From positions 558,670 to 622,669 of the forward strand of contig NW_019091362.1 in the NCBI RefSeq assembly GCF_001949145.1: 64,000 nucleotides of DNA, read 5' to 3'. The notes beneath the pieces were generated by a model, which did not search any database, was not told the DNA's origin, and saw only the letters and a list, made by a program, of their open reading frames with translations. The DNA comes from Acanthaster planci (taxonomy: Eukaryota). The translations under genes were made by a program, and so were the position numbers. This document shows positions 15,184-28,580 of the stretch, piece by piece (the stretch's first letter is position 1; the number at the start of each line of letters is the position of its first letter).

Positions 15184-17740
15184 TGATTTTCCTATCAACT
15201 CCATGTATTTGTTTGTGCCGTGACAATGAGGGATAACCGTTTGTTTGTACCTGGTTTACCATTTATTAAATTCGCAACAGAAAGGTTTGCTTCTGGTAAA
15301 AGTTATTTGGGGGGGAGGCTATGGTACTCTGGGGCAAAAGTGCCAAGAGACTGCTGGGAAAATAAATTGAAGGTACACAAATGAAATGTTCAGGGTTCAG
15401 CTTTTCAGATTTTTGGGGGGAATTCAGAAGAATTTCTTGGAATGTTGTCATTTGCCCCTCTTGGGGAGAATGTTTCAGGGCAGTAAAGTGCAAGTTGAGA
15501 ATATGCTTTTGAAATGTTGGCACACTTGAATTGAGATGGTGAAGTTCCCATTCACTGTACTGAAAGAAGAGTCACCAGCCGGCCACAAACTGCATAATGT
15601 TTATTATGAACCACAGATTCTAACAAACATCCAGGAAATTTGATTAAATCCCCGCGCCCTTCACCGTTGTCTGTTCTTCTTCATTATATTTCTTCACAAC
15701 TGTTCTGAAGAGTTCACAAGAATTTGTTTGCCCCTAAAATCACATCAACTCAACATCAATTCACTTTGGTTTCTGACTTGTGTACATTTTCTGTCTGCTT
15801 ACGCAAACAATCAAATGCAGTTAACTGAATTTGTGGCAGCGTTGTTTGCTGATCTGCATGACAAAGACCAGCAACCAAGGATAATAAGTACTGTATATGT
15901 AATACTTGCATTTTAAAGAGGATCGGTTAGATTGGTAGGGGAAGGTCTTCCTGTGATTTCTCCTGTGATGCCTTGTAGTTCAATCATGTTCAGTCATTTG
16001 TCATCGGCTTTCAGGAAAGTGCAGTGTTTATGAAATTAAAGAACCTGCTTCTTACTGTCCCATCCCCTTTTTTATTTTGCCCTTCCTCAACCTGTCATTC
16101 TGCTTTTCCTTTTCATTTCATCCCTTAAGTCCTTGGGCAACACCTTTCCTCTTGATCTGTGGTCAGATGCACCATCTACAGGACACCTATTGAATTATGC
16201 TGACACAAAACTTTTCCGTTTCCAATTTTATTCTGATTATATTGGTTTGCCTTGAAAAACGTGCAAATTTCCGCCATTCTATGAATTCTGTTTGAACATT
16301 GTAAAAAGAAATGAAGAACTTGTCTTAAAATTTGTATGATTATAACATGCATTCCTGAAGGCTCCTTTGATACATGCTGAGCTCTTACTGGAAAACAGTG
16401 GAAAGGTTCTGAAAGGCGTTTTGCACAATATTGTTGTTTTGTTTGGCGGACGTCTTTGATACTTGGCTGAGTTTTAATGTCCCACATCGATGCCTCTGGG
16501 CATGTGTTAGTGAATATACATGACGCCGACACAGAGATTTTGATATGACAAATCATCAAACATTATCACAAAAGTTATCAAACTAATACAGCACTAAAAA
16601 TCACTGGATTTTAAAATCAGGAAGTTGGGATCTGGAGGTAAACCTATTTTGGCAAGGGAAGAGTGTTTTTTCCTGTATTCCAATGAGGGATCATCGATGC
16701 TCGGCAACTTTCAAAGGCAGAGTAGCGGGCAGTTCCTGTTTTGGATGCCGCAAAATGTTGATAGCAGTGGAGGGGGTTACATCTGCTGCCCTCTGGAGTC
16801 CAGAATGTCCGGAATAGTTCCCATTTGTGATTGCTTGTGTGGTATTGACTCAAGAAGTTGGTCAAAGGGCTATTTGGTAATGTAGCCTTACACAAGGGTT
16901 GTATGCATAAGCTATTTAAATGGTAAACAGCCCTTATGTTTTGCCTAAGTGGGGGATCTGTAAGAAGTGACTTCAGTAGAAACTCTTGCTCTTATGAAAA
17001 AGAAAAAACCACAGCAAAACAGAATGCCTGAACACTCCCTGCAATATCATCAGACAGTGCTCTCTGTTAAAGAAGAATGATGAAAAGTTTATATTCAATT
17101 TTGCCGGCGACCAGCCATGCACATATTATGGAACACAGAATTATACACACTGTACATCTAGTTTTGCTTGTACATGTGTGGGGAGCAGTTGCACATAACC
17201 ACTCCAGGATCAAGTGGTCAGATATCATTTATTCATTATCATTCTCACATGCGTGTAGCCTTTACTTACGTGAACCATTACATGGGATCTCTGGTGGGGC
17301 CAGGGTAACATTTCAAAATATGGATCAACCAAGCCAGAACAAGGACCAACGTGTTAACGTTTTGTTGTTGTAACCAAAAATACAAATCTCAACTATCTGT
17401 TCAGGTTAATCTAAGTTAATTTCCATTGATGTCATACTTGCTACCAGTCCGTGTAACCTGGTTCTTGCAGTTTGTGTGGCAGACTGGAATCAATATTGTC
17501 TGCTTGGCATAAGCAAAACAATCGATGAAGAGTATTTGTTCAGACCTGCAGGGCCTGATAAGATGACTGTGGGATGATTTGAATCTATTGTTTTATTATG
17601 TGGGGAAAAGGGCAGGACAGTTTTTTTTTTCTTCCCATGTTAGTTCATGCACTAACCTCAGAGGACCCATCGGAACTGAAGTGAATCTCAGTCTAGTTTG
17701 GCTGAGATTGAATTTGGGTAAGCTTAAAGCTGTTTCTAAT

Positions 17741-18080
17741 CAAACTGACCCAACCTCAGCCTAGCCAACCCTATGCAACAGCCCAAGCCAACCCACCTTA
17801 GCCCAACTCAACCCTACCCAACCCAACCAACCACACCTCAACCAAACTGACCCAACCTCAGCCTAGCCAACCCTATGCAACAACCCAAATCAACCCACCT
17901 TATAATAGCCCAACTCAACCCAACCCAACCTAGCCAACCGTACCTCAACCAAACTGACCCAACCTCAGCCTAGCCAACCCTATGCAACAACCCAAATCAA
18001 CCCACCTTAGCCCAACTCCACCCAACCCAACCCAACCCAACCCAACCAACCACACCTCAACCCAGTAGACCCAACCCAAC
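17741..18080. repeat. Minisatellite, about 102-107 bp unit x about 3.3, built from degenerate AACCC pentamers
   Basis: The unit start caaactgacccaacctcagcctagccaaccctatgcaac recurs at 17741, 17843 and 17950, and the array contains (CCCAA)n runs. Confidence 0.92.
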
Positions 18081-21000
18081 TCATCTTCTCCCAACCAAAT
18101 TGGAGCTAACCGTCAACACTAATTACATTCTATCTGGTGCAGATTTCCATGCATACAGCCATGAAACTTTTTAATCATAAAATTCCTACATGAAACAAGC
18201 AAAAAAGCAAAAACAAAATAAATATACCTGCCGCAATCAACTCACCCACACTCACGTACACTGTAGTTGCATAATGGCCTTCCTCCTGAATGAATTTTAA
18301 TGAAATTAAATGTACATACTAAAGATTTATTTCCTGCCTATAGGCAAACATCCTACCTCAAGTAAACAAGATCTTAGACCGGTAGACCATCACCTTACCT
18401 TGTCAGGGTCTCTGAGATATTTTCATCCTTAACCTGCTTGCTGCACGTTGTGAGACATTAAAAAACTTTGGTCATTGACTTGTTGAAATTGAGTGAATTT
18501 GATGGCATTAGTTGGAGAGTGGGGGATTACTATAGTCAGCGCCCCCTTGTAGATTTCTGAAGGTCACAATATATCAAGGCTACAACCAACGTCATTCCTT
18601 CACTGAATAGATCAATAATTAGTTAGGCATGGTAAGCTGATTGTTGACGTTGTGTCCCAAGTACTGGGTAAGCATGACCATCGTAGTAACATGTTGAAAA
18701 CCTGAACTTAATTCAGGCCATGTACAGGTCCTAGATTATTCTCTTAAATCCAGTAGAATCCATCAACAGTAGGTCATGAAGCCCACTGAATTCAATGAAA
18801 TCCAAGCCTTTCAAATAAACTGCCATACCGTCCCCTCCCGCAGTTTGCTATTTCAGTGTTGGGTTCAACAGAATTATCATTTTCTGAGGTTAGTTGTATT
18901 GAAATATTGAACGCTTTGTCCTTTTGACTGTTAATGTATCTAATTCCAAATTCCATTTAAAATTAGTTTGAAAAGCTCACACATGTACATTGTATGCAGC
19001 AAGTGAACCCAATTTTACTTGGCGTAAAATACAGCACTTTTAAGTCAAATATCTGGCTTAAATTGTAAAATTCTGAAACTAATTATCCGGTGTAAGGATT
19101 TAAGGTATTTTGAAATTTGAGGTATTCATTCTTGTGCTGTGGATCTCATTGATGTTATTTTGTTCCTGATCCAACAAATTCTTCTTTTGGTTTGCTTGTT
19201 GGGTTTGGGTGGTCCGGTTTTATTTATTCAGATTGGATTGGATGCATCACGTCTGATCAGATAGAGGCAAGAATGCAGCAACATCACAAGTAACAAACTG
19301 TAGCAGCATTTATCCCTTATTATCGTTGAGTTGTGACAAGTTTGTACTTGCAGTATTTAATGTTCAGAACAAAAAGATCAGCTGCAGTGTGCTTTATTCC
19401 TGAGGTGCCGGTAAAATCATCAATAAAAGAGTTGACGTCATTCCGTGCTCTGAAAGAATAAGGCATACAAGCATCCGCATGAATGATCATCCTGAAATTT
19501 TTATCTGATCGACTGAATTGAGATGGAGTTTCTGAGCAAGACAACCTGCAGGATTTGCCTGTCTGACATCGGGCGGATGACTTGTATGTGTACAATCTAA
19601 CGTCCCACGATGGGTTGTTTTTTGGAATGACTCAGAAGTAACTGTAACAAAGATGGAGACATGGCCGATTCTTGTATGCCATTGTCACTGTGTATAAAAC
19701 AGTCTCATCAAGAGATGGGCCCATGTTTAAAGCAGTTTCGAGCATGCACCTTGGCACTCGGACAAAGATGGTACAGAAATTCAACATTCAACCATGCCAA
19801 GATCTGCACATGCACACAGTGAGTTCCCACCCCGAAATTCACCAGTTTCCTTTCGATTGGGACACACTTGTGTACCACTCTCCTAGATAGACACAGCATA
19901 AGCTCTTACCACTGAGGACAGCAGACTTACTAACCCATTGAGGACAGGGACACATCCTTTGATTCCTTTGTGTTGTGTTCTCTGTGGTAAAGTAAAACAT
20001 GTACATGAACGTATGTAGTTTGCCGACACAGTGTATCCTCTGCACTGCTCATTTTGTGAGCAGTCATGGTGCACTATCTCTCCCTGTCTATACCTGCTTT
20101 TTTTACCGGTAGCTGTTAAAGCCAGCATTCTTATGAGTGACCCATTTTCATGTTGGTGTACAGCAATAAGACAGTTATGTGGCTTTATCGGGAGCTTGGA
20201 TTGTTGTCACCAGCAAAATAGTTCATTGGCACCTTTTTAAACTGGTGAGGACAGTGCGATTCAGAAGTTCAGTATTTCCGACTCATGGCCAGTCTTTGAA
20301 TTCCTTTTGCAAGGGACACTTATTCTTTAGCGGGAGGAACTCGAGTTGAGCAGTTTGTCCTAGTAACTGCAGGACTGACTTCCCGTCCACGGGGAATCAA
20401 AAACAGTCTTGATCTCTTTGGAATAACAAATCCCCCATCCTGGTGATCAATACTGGCAAAATGGGACTAATTTCTGTTGTCTGCAATCTTCCATATGGAT
20501 TTTACCAAACTCAGTAGCTTTATTTCTTGCTGGGATGCAATTGGACTTCCTCCCCTCCTCCTCCACCATCCCTGGGATGCATCATCCGTTCCATCTGCCA
20601 TTAATCAAACTTTCACCAGAAACTAATCGCCTGGGCCATTACCAGAAAACGTGGTAAGTCTGGCCATGGGAAGACTTTGAGATGTCTCCCCTGTGTATCC
20701 CAGGCCTTTCCTGTTCACATAGGTAAATTGGTTTACACTGTTAAGTAAACACTTGGACCACACGTAGGAGCTACGTATATGTATTCAAGTTTTATTTTAT
20801 CATGGCTACGTGCGGTTTCCTTCCAGTTCCCAATCAATCCCTTGACCAGCATGCCAAACACCATTTGGCAGCAAAATGTGATTTCCGCTAGTGCTACCAA
20901 ATGCCCCTCAAACAAAAATCAAAGCAAAAATTAAAAAGTTTTTAAAAAGAAGAAAAAAATAACATTTTGGCACTGTTGGCATTGGAAGACATGCCCTATG

Positions 21001-24000
21001 CCAGTGGAGGTATTAAAAATCACCTCCATGCCATGACAACTTGGGATTAGATCTGAGTTGATGATTAAGATGACATTGATTTTTTTTTTTTGAGAGGAGT
21101 GCTGTTTGTGCTAGACTCAACTGAGCGTGACAGCGATATTAACAGAGGGAGCGAGGCAGCAGTGCAATTGTGAGATAAGGCCAGGGTATATTCAGGAAGC
21201 TTGGAGGACTCAGAGTATGTGTTGTTGAAAAGAAGAAAGTGGATGGGAGGACAAAAAAAAATGTCAATTTGCCCCTAGTGGGGGATTAATATTTGATACC
21301 TAGGTGTGCACATGGGGTCAATCTTTGTTGGGCTGTTGGAGTCCGGATGTTACTTCCAGAAACATCAGGTAGGATTCATAATATGGGTTTTGTTCACAGG
21401 AGAGAGAGAGAGCTCTTTTGCCCATTTTTTGATGAGCCAAGCAGGCTAAAGAGGGCAGATTTGTCATTTAGGAGTTTGTGTGGGTTACTATAGCTCACAT
21501 TAAAGTCAAAGCAAGTAGAAAAGGTTTCTTTAGAAACCTCAAGAAAACCTTTGGATATGCTTCATTTTGGATATCCAAATTCAAAATTCAAGTGCTTTAG
21601 TTATCCTTTAAAAGCAATAACATTCTGTCACCTGCTGTCAATTCCACATGCTCCATAAGCCTTTCAGATGAGTTTTGCCTGCCAAATCTCAATACAGAGT
21701 CAATTGAGCAATTCAGTAAATGCAGTTATATTTGAAGGCAATCAGAGCACATGCGACATTATTAACCCCTGGTTTACTAGGCAATAAAATGGTCCTTAAA
21801 GCGGTTCCCTGGGGAGAGCGTTGGTTCAAACTGCCTATATTCTATAAAGTATGCTATCTTATATATAGTGTGCTCACCCATAAAATGCCCATCATTCACT
21901 GTGTTCTCCACGAGAAACCAATGGAGTAATAGAGATTGTGCATGGCGGTCATCTTTCTGGTAACTGCTTTTGGTAGGGAGGATATCACAAAAGGTCTACT
22001 CAGGCGTATCCCTGTGGAACAAACCTCTTAGCAGAAAAATGGCTGCCATGCGCTACCTCTATGTACATGTACCTTGCAAAAAGGCACAAGCAGCGTCGAG
22101 CACCATGGCACCGGTATAACTGATAGCACATGTTTCTGAATATCATGACCATAAATAATAAAGATCTGTGTTCGTGTACAATTCTCTAACAGAACGTACA
22201 TCCATTTCATGCAAGTGGTGCAGAATGTATGTATAAGCATGGCTGTAGGAAGTACATGTTTGATATGGCACAAAACATAGAAAAGGGGGCCAGTTATAAA
22301 TTTCTGAAAGTGTTACCACACCCAAAACATTCATGCAGGCTGTAGTTTCAATGAAACAGTTGTTTTTCCCTTTTGCTGTAAAAAAGGGATGGAACCAAAT
22401 TCACCTGTCCATTTTGAACTTTAAAATGGACATTGATTTTTTATATCAAAACAGAGATGATGCTTTGTTCTTGATCTAGTCATTGCCTACACACGGTTAC
22501 ATGTACATGTACATTTATCAGTACAGAACAAGTAGAGTGCTCAAGGCATGATAAAGGAGTAAAACCATCAGGGAAACACTGAGAGTGTGATGGTAACTTA
22601 CTGGTCCCCTTTACTGTGTTTAATGTGCTTGACGCCTTCGAGGCACCGGTAGAACTTGGATGTGGTGCAACAACAGAAATCTCCAAGCTACGAGATGTTA
22701 GCACGTCTACGCCATGAAACTTGCACAGGATTAGCACAACTTTTCTGCTGTTAATCATTTCCTTGGAATCAGCTCACAACACTTCAACTAACTGCCCCTT
22801 GGCATTATCAATTAGACCAGAGTGCTCCTGTGCAAATCGGAATAGCAGTAGAGTAGGACTCGTCTGCTCCCGCCTCTACTTATATCTCTTGCCAACATGG
22901 AGATCCCAACATCAATTCATGATATTGGTTGCCAGGAGCAGTCTGAATCACTTGATCCTATGGCTATGACTGTGTTCGTGTAGTTTCCAGGGATCAACAC
23001 AGTGACACCGAGCCTCTGAGAACCATGGCTACAATCTGGTCACAATCTGAGTCCATACCATGCTGAATGCAGAACAGTTTATTAAACACCATTTAATGAA
23101 AATCAGAAACAAAAAGATCTCTCTTGATATGCATTTGACAGATTTAACAATTTAATTCATGTGAGGCATGTCGTATGATAATACAAACCAAAGTCATTAT
23201 GGAAAAGTAGGGAAGGCGTTTCCATTTTTCAAGGAGGAAGACTTTTCTACACAAAATGTTACCTGAACAGCAGGTTGCTTGAATTTGAAAAGCAATGTGT
23301 GCGTCCTAAATGTTGTTGATCATTCCTTCATTATGGGAAGCAATTTAAATAATATGGTCTGACCGAGAATAGTCAGTGACGAATGTCCTAGACCTTTGTG
23401 TGGAACTGGAAATTGAAGGATTTAAAATTTAAGGTGAAGGATGGTTATTACCAGACTTGAATGGTTTGAAGTCTGCTGAATGAGAAATGAAGGACAAAGT
23501 GAAACCAGCAGTAGCAACTGAGGCGGCAGATCTACCCCTGTTGATGTCATGAAATTCACTTCAGCTCTGCATTTGCTTTAAGTATGATATGGCTAGCCTG
23601 TGGCCTTGTTGAAGGTTCTGAAGAGATAAAATTAGACAAAGACTTACACATGTAGGCTAAAGAGAAATGAAAATCTGGCAAGGTAAGCAGGGGTAAGATT
23701 TGTCAGGAACTTTTTGGCATCAGGATTTTTCCTGATTTCAGGAATTTTTTGAACTATCTTTTAAAATCTAAAAAGTGCTGAGTACACCATTAAGACATTT
23801 TACAAAAGTTGATGTAGAACACAGGGAATGGGCATTTTAAAGGATACCTTTAGGCAAAATGAATGTACATGTCTACCATAGACCCTATGCTGCTGTGGGA
23901 CCCTCAAAACCTCAGGTGATTATTTGTGGATGCATTTCATGCTCCACCAATGTCAGACCAGCCAGGTATAGATTGAAAGAAAGACGAGGCACGGAGAAGG

Positions 24001-24720
24001 GTGTGTTGCAGAGAAAAACCAAAGAATCAGTCTGGCTTAATAATCCAGCGCATACTGAATCACCAGGTTCATTAAAGTAGTGTACAATAAGTGTCTCCAA
24101 AGACAGCTCAATCAAAATGACTACAGACTGGCACCTCATTGAAGTTAATTATTTATTGGTGAATGGTTCTGCGGAAATTGAAGAAATGAAATGTTCAGAT
24201 ATCAATGATATTGAAAACGTTCTCAGGAAATAGCAGAATAGAAAGGACCATCCACATGTACAACGTGCAGTCAGTGTAAAAATCTCAAACTTCCTTTTAG
24301 CCATTGATGGGAAATGAAATGGGGGGGAGGGAGAGAAACTGTCGTAAAAACAGAACTTGGTTCAACATTAACAGGACTGCAGATGGATGAATAGCAAAAG
24401 AGAGGAGTGTTTTAATAGAAATGAGAGAATGCATTTGTAGACAGCCACTCTAGCGGTTCCTGGGGTAGAGAATGTTTGTAGTGGTGTGAAGATGACAAAG
24501 CAACCAATCAAAAGAGGAGGGAAAGTGTTACGTAGCACAGACGTTAGCAAACAATGGAAAACGGCGCAAAATTGCGATGCGGTGCTTGCTATCATCTCAT
24601 ATCCGAGGTGGTAAGATTGGAGACATCCATCATCAAACGACATACTCGGGCTCGGCCGGCCGGCCATGGTGTGAAATGGCTCGATTGTGCTCAAAAGGGC
24701 CCTCTTTTTGACTTTGTATT

Positions 24721-24993
24721 CAGGTTGGCGTAGCGGTTCTTTCCTCGCCTTCCACCTCTCTGGTCTGGGTTCGAATCCCGGCTCGGTCCACATGTGGTTT
24801 AGGTTTACAGTGCCTACCTGTTTCCTTGGGTTTCACCCAGAATATTCCTCTGGGGTCTTCTTCCCGCCTCAACTAAACTGACTGCTCCTCACTGTCCCCT
24901 TCAGGCATGTGAGCTACAGTGCCGAGGGCGCTTCTGAGGAATCCTTGGTGTCATTACTAGGTATTATTAATGACAGCAATTATAATAATAATT
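24721..24993 (+). mobile_element. tRNA-derived SINE, copy 1
   Basis: Pol III A-box-like GGTTGGCGTAGCGG and B-box GGTTCGAATCC at tRNA-like spacing, a body with GGGTTTCACCCAG..CTCTGGGGTCTTCTTCC, and an AT-rich (AAT)n-like tail. Colinear with copy 2. Confidence 0.85.
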
Positions 24994-25761
24994 GTTGAGC
25001 TCAAAGAACTTTGAAAGGACAGAGGGAAACAAGTTCAAAGTTTCATAAAATAAAACTATGTGATTGGTTTACTACTTCCCGGCCAACCTAAGGTCATATT
25101 TCAAGCGCACATCTATGCTAAGTGCTAGAAGATTCTCCAGGGTTTGGCAAATTGACTGGTAATGGATTTAGGGAAGAATAAAAAATGTTCTTCCTGCGGT
25201 TGGTGAGACGACCTCAAGCTTGTTAGCAGGGCCTTTCTGATCAAGTTACAGGTATTCATGCATGCCTATCAGGTTCACTGATGCGTGCTACCTGACAGTA
25301 CCAATAGCAGTCATAGTGAAATGATTCAACGCATGTATGCCTTACACGTATCCAGCCAGGCTGATAAGGGAAAATCTAACAGAGGGCCCCCCCCAAAAAA
25401 ATTATTTTGTTCCAGGAAGTCTTTGAGAAAATGGAGGTGAAATATCCAATCATGTTGCTCCTCAGATTGCAAATTAAGAAGGTATTCCTCAGTGATGCAC
25501 TCAACCTGTAGATATTGGAAATTCATGGTCATGCAGTCATTCGGGAATATTGCCACATGGCAACCAACACCATGACAACATACACCTCACATCTCACACT
25601 CAAAGTCTGCCAACACTTTACTAACGCATGAATGTGCTAAATGAAAGCTCTGTCCTATTTCAATTAACCTGTTGGAAGAGGATTTTATTCAAAGCAACAA
25701 GGCCTCAAAATATGCTATAGACCGTGTGAATTCTGTTTTCAAAAGTCTTCTGTTTGTTAAT

Positions 25762-26019
25762 TATTTCTGGTAATAACACCAAGGATTCTTCAAAAGCACT
25801 CTAGGCACTGTAGCTCGCAAGCCTGAGGAAACCTGTAGAGAGGAGACAATGAGAAGCAGTTACAGTTTTAGAGGTAGGAGGAAAACCCCAGAGGAATGTT
25901 CTGAGGAAAACCCACAGAATCAGGTAGGGACTGAAAAACCAATCCACCTGTGTACGGAGTGGGGAATTGAACCCGGATGCAGAGGTGCAAGGCGAGGAAA
26001 GAACCACTATGTCAACCTG
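25762..26019 (-). mobile_element. tRNA-derived SINE, copy 2 (same family, inverted)
   Basis: Reverse complement reads caggttgacatagtggttctttcctcgccttgcacctct...gggttcaattcc...gagctacagtgcc...gaatccttggtgttattaccag and aligns by eye along its whole length with 24721-24960. Confidence 0.85.
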
Positions 26020-28447
26020 CTTCCCCCTTTCAGTGATCTGAAACAAGTGAACTGCAGTCAGTTGAGGTCTTGACTTTCTGACAGGTCCATCTGTTGCATG
26101 ATACCCCAACTTATTCCAGACAATCACGAGATATTTTTTCTCCTACATAACAGCTACAAGTACCTGAATATGTAAGCGCTGGAATGAAACAATGGCAAGT
26201 GAACTGAAGGCAGTGCATGAGATAGTAGAGGGTGAAAAACGATTTCACTGTGTTCATGTATTTCATAGAGGGAGGAAGTGTTTTTTAGATCCTTTTCTCT
26301 TATTCTGTATTTATAAAATTGATACATGAATTTATTCATTATAGCATTAGAAAGTAATGGTAAACACTGGCTGCAAAACATACATCAACAGGAGAAAGCT
26401 CTGAAAAAGTTTTGAAATCAGTTTTTGGAGGGTGTTATTTGATGTTTCATTACTTTGTATCCTGTCATCTAAATCTGTAAAGCAAATTCTTCAAGAAACC
26501 GTAAGCCTCTTGCAACTTTTTTGTTTTGTTTGGTTTGGTTTGTTTGTGTAATATCACTCGGAGAGCATTGTGATTGCTGGTTATTGACAGCATAGTAATC
26601 CCATGTATGTCTGCAATGTCATAGGCCACAAAATGAACATGCTCGACCTGGATAAAACTTCAGCAGCAGAACTCAAAAACCAACATTAATAATGGATCCT
26701 TCACAGCAAAGAACATAGACCTCGTTGGCAGTAATGGACTGCAACGGAAGCACGTTTAGGAAGTCGCAGAGGACAGAGTGATCTCCTGGCAGCGACCTTG
26801 AAGATTCCCCAAGCGAGGAGAGTTGGGAATGTCTGGCCAAGGTCTGATGGAATGTCTGCTGGGTAATTTTCCCCAGGGCGAAGACAGGAGGATTGGTGCC
26901 CTTTGTCTGGCAGTGATTTAGCTGCTGTGCTCATAGCAGTGACATCAATTACTCTAAAGTGCATCTTTAAGCAACAGGATTTGTTCCAGCCAATTCTTCT
27001 CTCGCAACCTTTGACCTATGGTGTTAGTTTGAAAAGCTGTTCACAAATTAAAAGCCATTTGAGCAAGCTTTTCAAAGTGATAGTTGGTGCTCATGTGCAT
27101 GTACTTGTCAAGAACATCTAACAGGTCAAACAGTTATTTCTAATTTTCTAATTCAAGCGACCGCATGCGCTTAAGTATAAACTCATAAAACTTGAGCAAA
27201 ATAGCCTTTTGCATTCAACTTTAGATTGCATGGTTCATTAGGGTTTTTTCAACAAGAATGAATTAAAGTCACTCAGCTCCAAATCCCTTTGTATTCAAAC
27301 TACTAACCATACAGAATTAAAAAGTTGGTAGAATTTGGAATTATGCACGTGATATGTGTCGTCTGTACTGTCTTGCCACTGATTTAGGGATATGCAAATT
27401 TTGTCAGTGTCTAGACAGATCTCTACGGCTGATTGCACTGCCTGATTAAATGTAATCAGGTAACACACCCTCCATCAATAAGTGAGCATAGATAACCCTC
27501 CAACCATGCTCTGTGATCACACAACCTTACTGCACATATCAATCACTCCACTGCCGGCTGTGCCAGCTGTAGCACTTGGATCGTTAGGTACCAACATATC
27601 TCAGCCTGTTTGCGGGTAATAATGTTTATCTAGATTAAAAATTCCATTTTTGAAGATGTTTGTTGCTGTCAATCAGTTCATTTGTCTTTTGCCCCTCTTA
27701 ATGCCTACAATCCTTGTGTCCTGTTTCATCAATTGGTTTTGCCACAAACTGTCTGGAAGTTGAAGCTTTTTACCCGTTCATTTCCCCCGGAGAGGGGCAG
27801 GAGATTTTTCATGACATTTTGCTAGTTGAATGAGGATATTTGATATCTTCCTTAGTGTGTTTGCTTTTAGCCTCTCAAGATTCAACTACCAGAACCCTGT
27901 GTTTTCCTGCCCTGTAAAATTCTCTCTTTTTCCCCGGTGTATTGTCAAGAACTGGTTCAAACCTTGTCCTGATCGTAAATATGAAACATTGGGTACGGTC
28001 GGGGCATATTTTTAAGATGGATGTTTGGAAATTAACAGAAGGGAAATGAATTTACCCCAGTTCGTAAATGCATTTATTTTCCTTTTTTCAGTTTCAGTCT
28101 TTTACAAATTTGTTGAAAAAAATTCCTGAAAGACACAGCATGCATGGCAAGTCAAGGTAGAAAATTTGTCACTTGAAAGTGGCATGTGAGACAAGGGTAG
28201 AACTTGAAAAAGTTCATAAAGCTTTGATAAATTATTTGAAGAAACGATCTAAGCATAGAAATTTGCTGGTTAGAGCCTTTGTTCTATAGGGATATGCAAC
28301 AGTTACCTATTGTGGAAACCCCCATTGAACAAATCCTCTGACCTACAAGATTGCTGCCAAACCACATCTGTATCAAACCTGAAATATGTGAGATGTTTTC
28401 TGCTTGTTTCACTTATCATGACAATCTATAATTGATTTTACCTGTAG

Positions 28448-28580
28448 GTCTATGAAACGTGGGCTGTTCATGAGTATGATCGTAAAAATGAAGACATTGA
28501 TCCTATTGCGGCCTCAGCTGAATATGAGCTGGAGAAACGAGTGGAGCGGATGGACGTCTTCCCCGTGGATCTTGAAAAAG
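28448..28580 (+). CDS. PPP1R9A: Neurabin/spinophilin exon: C-terminal PP1-binding segment and start of PDZ
   Basis: Acceptor ttttacctgtag|GTC, donor AAAAAG|gtaaac. 133 nt = 44 codons + 1 nt. Encodes [44 protein letters not shown], containing the family signature [13 protein letters not shown]. Confidence 0.96.

Noticed and set aside
17741..18080. CRISPR-like or true telomeric array
   Set aside because: Eukaryotic intron, contiguous repeats without unique spacers, and degenerate AACCC units rather than canonical TTAGGG.
20535..20658. ATG-initiated frame ending at a strong TG|gtaagt donor
   Set aside because: Phase 2 is incompatible with the phase-0 exon at 28448, and the phase-0 frame contains a stop.
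24721..24795. tRNA gene suggested by A/B boxes and GGTTCGAATCC
   Set aside because: No clean cloverleaf or acceptor stem, and similarity to the second copy continues about 200 bp past the tRNA-like head, so it is a SINE.
26733..26846. Coding-looking stretch MDCNGSTFRKSQRTE*SPGSDLEDSPSEESWECLAK
   Set aside because: Interrupted by an in-frame TGA, weak donor and no recognisable homology.
1..28447. Upstream neurabin exon carrying the RVxF motif
   Set aside because: I found no segment encoding an R/K-x-x-F..PI-like end with a phase-0 donor by eye; it is presumably upstream of the window.
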